DNA from: a virus
Length of the DNA stretch: 64,000 nucleotides
Strand: one strand, 5' to 3'
IMG/VR virus record: IMGVR_UViG_3300045988_079560
Positions 60,207 to 64,000 of this stretch are shown here, piece after piece. Every line of letters begins with the position of its first letter. Positions within the stretch are counted from its first letter, which is position 1. The notes under the pieces were generated by a model. It was not told the DNA's origin and did no database searches. It saw only the letters and a list, made by a program, of their open reading frames with translations. Position numbers and translations under genes: made by a program.

Positions 60207-61235
60207 ATGAAGAGAATAACAGGTCTTATGAAAAACATCTGTACCATGAAGAACGCATTGATCGCATATCAAAAGGCGAGGCGGTGCAAAAGGTACAGAC
60301 CGGAGGTTTTGGAGTTTGAAGCGAATAGAGAGGAATACCTCAGCAAAGCCATCCGGGAATTGGAAAGTTTGACATATACTCCTGGAAAGTACAAGGTATT
60401 CAAAGTTTGGGAACCCAAAGAGCGTATAATCATGGCTCTGCCATTTTACGATAGGGTTATCCAACATATGATTGTCAATTACATAGAGCCGATATTTGAG
60501 CATCAGTTCATCTACCATTCCTACGCTTGCAGAAAAGGGAAAGGTGCTCACAGAGCCAGCAAGCAGTTGACAAGGTGGCTATATAATCTGGAAGTTGTGC
60601 AAGGCAAATCAGTCTATGTACTGAAAGCCGACATACACCATTACTTCCAGAGCATAGACCACAAGGTTCTGAAAAGAGAAATTAGAACCTACATTAAAGA
60701 CAAGGACTTACTCGTAATCCTTGACCGGATAATAGACCATAATGGGATATTCCCGGACGGTGTCGGTATACCGGTTGGAAATCTTACGAGCCAACTATTT
60801 GCCAACGTGTATTTACACCGATTGGATATGTTCGTAAAACATACACTTCATGCGGAACATTACATGAGATATATGGATGATTTTGTGATTATATCAGAAG
60901 ATCTCGAACAGTTGAAACGGTGGGAGAAACAGATAGAAATATTCCTTGCGGATGTTCTTAAATTACAATTAAATCCAAAAACAACCATTGTTTATGCAAA
61001 GAACGGAGTGGATTTTGTTGGATATAGGCATTGGAACTCTACGAAGAAAATCAGAAAGGATGCTATGCGTAGACTGAAACGCCTTATGAAGAATTTCAAA
61101 GATGGAACTATCACGGAAGAATTTTTCGACAAATCGTTTACAAGTAGAATTGGTTCGATAAAACACGCCGACACCTACAATCTGGTGCAAAAGATCACCT
61201 GTGAAGCAAAGGAGTTAAAGGAAAGTCATGCGTGA
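60207..61235 (+). CDS. DGR reverse transcriptase
   Basis: 342 aa; RT motifs including IPVGNLTSQLFAN and YMRYMDDFVI (YMDD box). Confidence 0.9.
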   Translation: MKRITGLMKNICTMKNALIAYQKARRCKRYRPEVLEFEANREEYLSKAIRELESLTYTPGKYKVFKVWEPKERIIMALPFYDRVIQHMIVNYIEPIFEHQFIYHSYACRKGKGAHRASKQLTRWLYNLEVVQGKSVYVLKADIHHYFQSIDHKVLKREIRTYIKDKDLLVILDRIIDHNGIFPDGVGIPVGNLTSQLFANVYLHRLDMFVKHTLHAEHYMRYMDDFVIISEDLEQLKRWEKQIEIFLADVLKLQLNPKTTIVYAKNGVDFVGYRHWNSTKKIRKDAMRRLKRLMKNFKDGTITEEFFDKSFTSRIGSIKHADTYNLVQKITCEAKELKESHA

Positions 61236-61440
61236 TGGAAGTTATGTCATTGTAGATAGGCTGTGTGAGGCAACCACACAACTGCTTGAAATAATTAAAA
61301 AGCAGGAAGAAATCATTGAGCAGTGCAGAATATCGGATGAACTGCATAAGGAACTCGATGATATGAAAAACGACGTGGATCAGAAGATGGATTTAATTGA
61401 GTATGATTTGAGATCATACAGACGGGAGTATGAAGAATGA
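61228..61440 (+). CDS. hypothetical coiled-coil protein
   Basis: 70-aa ORF. Confidence 0.4.
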   Translation: MRDGSYVIVDRLCEATTQLLEIIKKQEEIIEQCRISDELHKELDDMKNDVDQKMDLIEYDLRSYRREYEE

Positions 61441-61775
61441 TAGATTTTATCGTGAAATATTGGATCGAGTTTCTTTTTGGATTGATAATCAGCGGAATGG
61501 GCGTGATGGCGAAGCTGATGTACAATCAGCACTTAAAAAACAAAGCCATTGACAAGGGCGTAGAAGCCCTTTTAAGAAACGGTATCGTCCAGACATACAA
61601 TAAGTGGTCTGAGAGGGGTTACTGCCCTATATACGCACGAGAGAACGCCACAAGGATGTATGAACCTTATCACATACTTGGCGGAAATGATGTTGCGACA
61701 GACTTAATCGAAGATCTGAAAGGACTGCCGACAGAACCGCAAAAGAAGAAAGAGGGTGTAGAAGATGATACTTAA
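61437..61775 (+). CDS. membrane protein of the lysis cassette
   Basis: 112 aa; one N-terminal TM helix. Confidence 0.45.
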   Translation: MIDFIVKYWIEFLFGLIISGMGVMAKLMYNQHLKNKAIDKGVEALLRNGIVQTYNKWSERGYCPIYARENATRMYEPYHILGGNDVATDLIEDLKGLPTEPQKKKEGVEDDT

Positions 61776-62166
61776 AATTTTTATAGGTTTCGCTCTCGGT
61801 TACATTGCAGCTTGCGTGACATTTTACATCCTGCAGAAAAGGGAGCGTAGGCGGAGAAAAGAGAAGAAAAAGAAAGTAAGCCTGAATACCTATGCAAAGG
61901 TAGCCACTACTGCGGTATTGGCTCATGGGATGATCCTTACATCGTGTTCCTATATCCTCTCATGGATAGGTATGGACCCGGTGGTGGATGTATCAAGCAC
62001 AATCGTCAAAGAAATCGTAGCTCCGTTGGTGGTTTACCTTGGGACAAATACGATTATGAACATCTTTGAAAAGAACAAACTCAGTTTTTCAGTACCAATC
62101 AACAGCACCGTCATAAGCAAAGACGGAACCACACACAAAGCCTCTGATGATGAGGCAGTAGGATAG
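61765..62166 (+). CDS. membrane protein of the lysis cassette
   Basis: 133 aa; multiple TM helices; RRRRKEKKKK linker. Confidence 0.45.
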   Translation: MILKIFIGFALGYIAACVTFYILQKRERRRRKEKKKKVSLNTYAKVATTAVLAHGMILTSCSYILSWIGMDPVVDVSSTIVKEIVAPLVVYLGTNTIMNIFEKNKLSFSVPINSTVISKDGTTHKASDDEAVG

Positions 62167-62177
62167 GAGGTCATATT

Positions 62178-62489
62178 ATGACAATGGAATTTTTAATTGT
62201 AGCACTGTTCGCAGTATCATTACTCACAAACCTTACCGTTGAGGGAATCAAGAAACTTCTGGATAAGAAATCGGTTGACTACTCATCAAACGTGATGGCA
62301 GCAGTTACCGCAGTCGTTATCTCCGTGGCACTGTCCGCCGGGTATCTGATTTACACAGAAACGATGCTTAACGCAAAGATAGGCGTTGAACTTATTGCCC
62401 TTGCGTATCTTAGTTTTTTAGTTGCCACGAACGGATATGACAAAGTTATTCAGGCAATCAAGCAGATCAAACAGATTGAAAAACAGTAA
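62178..62489 (+). CDS. holin
   Basis: 103 aa; three hydrophobic helices and a charged C-terminus; immediately upstream of the endolysin. Confidence 0.6.
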   Translation: MTMEFLIVALFAVSLLTNLTVEGIKKLLDKKSVDYSSNVMAAVTAVVISVALSAGYLIYTETMLNAKIGVELIALAYLSFLVATNGYDKVIQAIKQIKQIEKQ

Positions 62490-62509
62490 TTTAATATTTA
62501 AGAGCCATG

Positions 62510-62539
62510 AGCCGGGTGCATGAACGCATCCGGCTTTTA
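62510..62539 (+). terminator. terminator-like hairpin between holin and endolysin
   Basis: agccgg/ccggct stem followed by a T-rich tract. Confidence 0.4.
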
Positions 62540-62559
62540 CTTTTAGGAGGCGATGCACA

Positions 62560-63885
62560 ATGGCTTTAAGAGGTAGTACGGCGCAGGAGAGAGCATGGAA
62601 CTTCTTTTGTGATAAGGGACTTAACCATTATGCTATTTCCGGCATAATGGCGAGCATAAGAGCCGAGAGTGGTTTTAATCCGAGAAACTTGCAGAACAGT
62701 TGTGAGAAAAAAAGCGGATATACGGATGCTACCTACACTGCCGCAGTAGACAACGGCAGCTATGCAAATTTCATCAGAGACTCTTTTGGATATGGGTATG
62801 CTCAGTGGACTTATTGGAGCAGAAAACAGAATCTTCTCAATTTTGCAAAGAAAAAAGGGAAATCCATCGGAGACGAAGAAATGCAGTTGGAATATCTGTG
62901 GGAGGAATTATCTGGTGCATACAAGGGTGTTTTGAAAAAGCTCAAATCTGCGACCTCAGCACAGGAGGCATCTGATGTTGTCCTGACTGGATATGAGAAA
63001 CCAAAGAACCAGGGAGAAAAAGTAAAAGCCACCAGAGGATCTTATGCCAAGGAATATTATAACCAGTTTGCAGTGAAAAAGGAGGAAAAGACGATGAAAG
63101 TAATTATTGGAAGTGCAAGAAGAGACGAAAATGGGAAATACTCCGGCGGCAAGCCGGGAGATCAGGATGGCGCAGAGGTAAGCACACAGAATTATTATGT
63201 TCATACCAAAGGATGGTATATGCTCCGCTTCCTGAGTGACGAATACGCAAAGAAAGTTACTAAAGCAATGTGGGATGCCTGCATGAACAACAATATCGGC
63301 TACTGTCAGGCACACAGATCCATTATGGCAATGCTTAAAAAGTACGGCAACATGAAAGCAATCGGAGAAAAGACAGAAACAGATTGCAGCGACCTCGTAA
63401 GAGGATGTATCTATGAGGCAACCGGCATTGACGTGGGAGCCTTTAGCACCGCAACGGAGCCGTCAGTGTTAGAAAAATCCGGTCTGTTTGCTAAAAAAGT
63501 TTCCGTTACATCTGCAACCGTCCTTAAACCAGGAGACATTCTGGTCACAAAGAGCAAAGGTCATACTGTTATCGTTGTTTCTGTAGATGGATCTGCCCCA
63601 AGCGGAGGCACATCAACATCCAAACCGGCAGTGTCGGGCAGTACAGCAAAGGTTGAGAGTGCAAGAAGTAAAGATGCAGCAATCGCCGGAAAATATAAAA
63701 CAACCAGCAATCTGTACCTGAGAGTTGGAGCCGGAACTGGGAAAACTGCAATCACTTTAATGCCAGCCGGATCATCGGTACAGTGTTATGGTTACTACAC
63801 AACCTACAACGGAACACGCTGGTATTATGTGGCATACGGAGACAAAACCGGATTCTGTTCATCTGCATATTTACGGAAAGCCTAA
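62560..63885 (+). CDS. modular endolysin (lysozyme-like N-domain, NlpC/P60-like Cys peptidase, SH3b)
   Basis: 441 aa; ESGFNP...YGYAQWTYW; TDCSDLV...KGHTVIVV; C-terminal SH3b-like YLRVGAG...WYYV. Confidence 0.8.
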   Translation: MALRGSTAQERAWNFFCDKGLNHYAISGIMASIRAESGFNPRNLQNSCEKKSGYTDATYTAAVDNGSYANFIRDSFGYGYAQWTYWSRKQNLLNFAKKKGKSIGDEEMQLEYLWEELSGAYKGVLKKLKSATSAQEASDVVLTGYEKPKNQGEKVKATRGSYAKEYYNQFAVKKEEKTMKVIIGSARRDENGKYSGGKPGDQDGAEVSTQNYYVHTKGWYMLRFLSDEYAKKVTKAMWDACMNNNIGYCQAHRSIMAMLKKYGNMKAIGEKTETDCSDLVRGCIYEATGIDVGAFSTATEPSVLEKSGLFAKKVSVTSATVLKPGDILVTKSKGHTVIVVSVDGSAPSGGTSTSKPAVSGSTAKVESARSKDAAIAGKYKTTSNLYLRVGAGTGKTAITLMPAGSSVQCYGYYTTYNGTRWYYVAYGDKTGFCSSAYLRKA

Positions 63886-64000
63886 AGCGATGTAAGATGG
63901 TATAAAATCGAAAAGGACTTCGTTGGTAATATGCCCGTAATATACAAATGAAAGAAAAAACCGCATAAACACTGAGACCTTGTGCTACTGCGATGTTAGC

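Larger units (their letters stand above)
58309..61235 (+). mobile_element. diversity-generating retroelement cassette (target-VR, avd, TR, RT)
   Basis: See the VR, TR, avd and RT entries. Confidence 0.9.
1..64000. mobile_element. phage/prophage genome segment (siphovirus-like: TerL, SPP1-type portal, capsid, tape measure, lysis cassette)
   Basis: Dense co-oriented small ORFs, a complete packaging/head/tail/lysis gene order, phage-type tRNA array. Neither element boundary is visible in the window. Confidence 0.85.

Noticed and set aside
59914-60210. 98-aa ORF over the DGR template repeat.
   Set aside because: It is the in-frame echo of the VR-encoding segment. The TR is a non-coding template, and there is no RBS.
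1-64000. Genome-wide stop-codon reassignment (TAG or TGA recoding, as in some gut phages).
   Set aside because: All large genes (tape measure 1561 aa, terL, portal, RT, endolysin) are intact under the standard code. Only one suspicious in-frame TAG (18187) was seen.

Overview
The window is almost entirely one siphovirus-type phage or prophage genome, apparently from a low-GC Firmicutes (Clostridia-like) host. All calls come from reading the sequence and ORF track by eye; no searches or folding programs were run. From left to right: (1) Rightward early genes: two orphan DNA methyltransferases, a DUF5131 protein, a HAD-like protein and a PD-(D/E)XK protein. (2) A leftward block (6.4-14.5 kb): lipoprotein, RtcB RNA ligase, a small tyrosine recombinase beside a 197-bp segment bracketed by 29-bp inverted repeats, an FtsK-like ATPase and small ORFs. 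(3) A ~0.9-kb GC-rich non-coding control region with two identical-format operators exactly 100 bp apart. (4) Rightward early and packaging genes: XRE regulator, TerS-like protein, many small ORFs, DEDDh exonuclease, LemA and TerL. (5) A 5.4-kb RNA island (27.2-32.6 kb) plus a second small cluster at 39.8-40.1 kb. Together they hold 11 ordinary tRNAs, four tRNA-shaped genes with 44-78 nt between D and T arms that share a covarying hairpin, three more elements sharing a YUACAGCAAYC box, and a ~680-nt ORF-free structured stretch. (6) Directly downstream, an accessory cassette: Ro60-like DUF2828+vWA protein, nicotinamidase-like hydrolase, and a vWA/PP2C/Ser-Thr-kinase (TerY-P-type) triad. (7) A head-tail module with two candidate -1 frameshifts. 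(8) A complete diversity-generating retroelement (DGR) aimed at a tail-fibre-region protein. (9) A lysis cassette. The most unusual signal is a phage that combines an RtcB ligase, a Ro-like protein and a family of insert-bearing tRNA-like RNAs.
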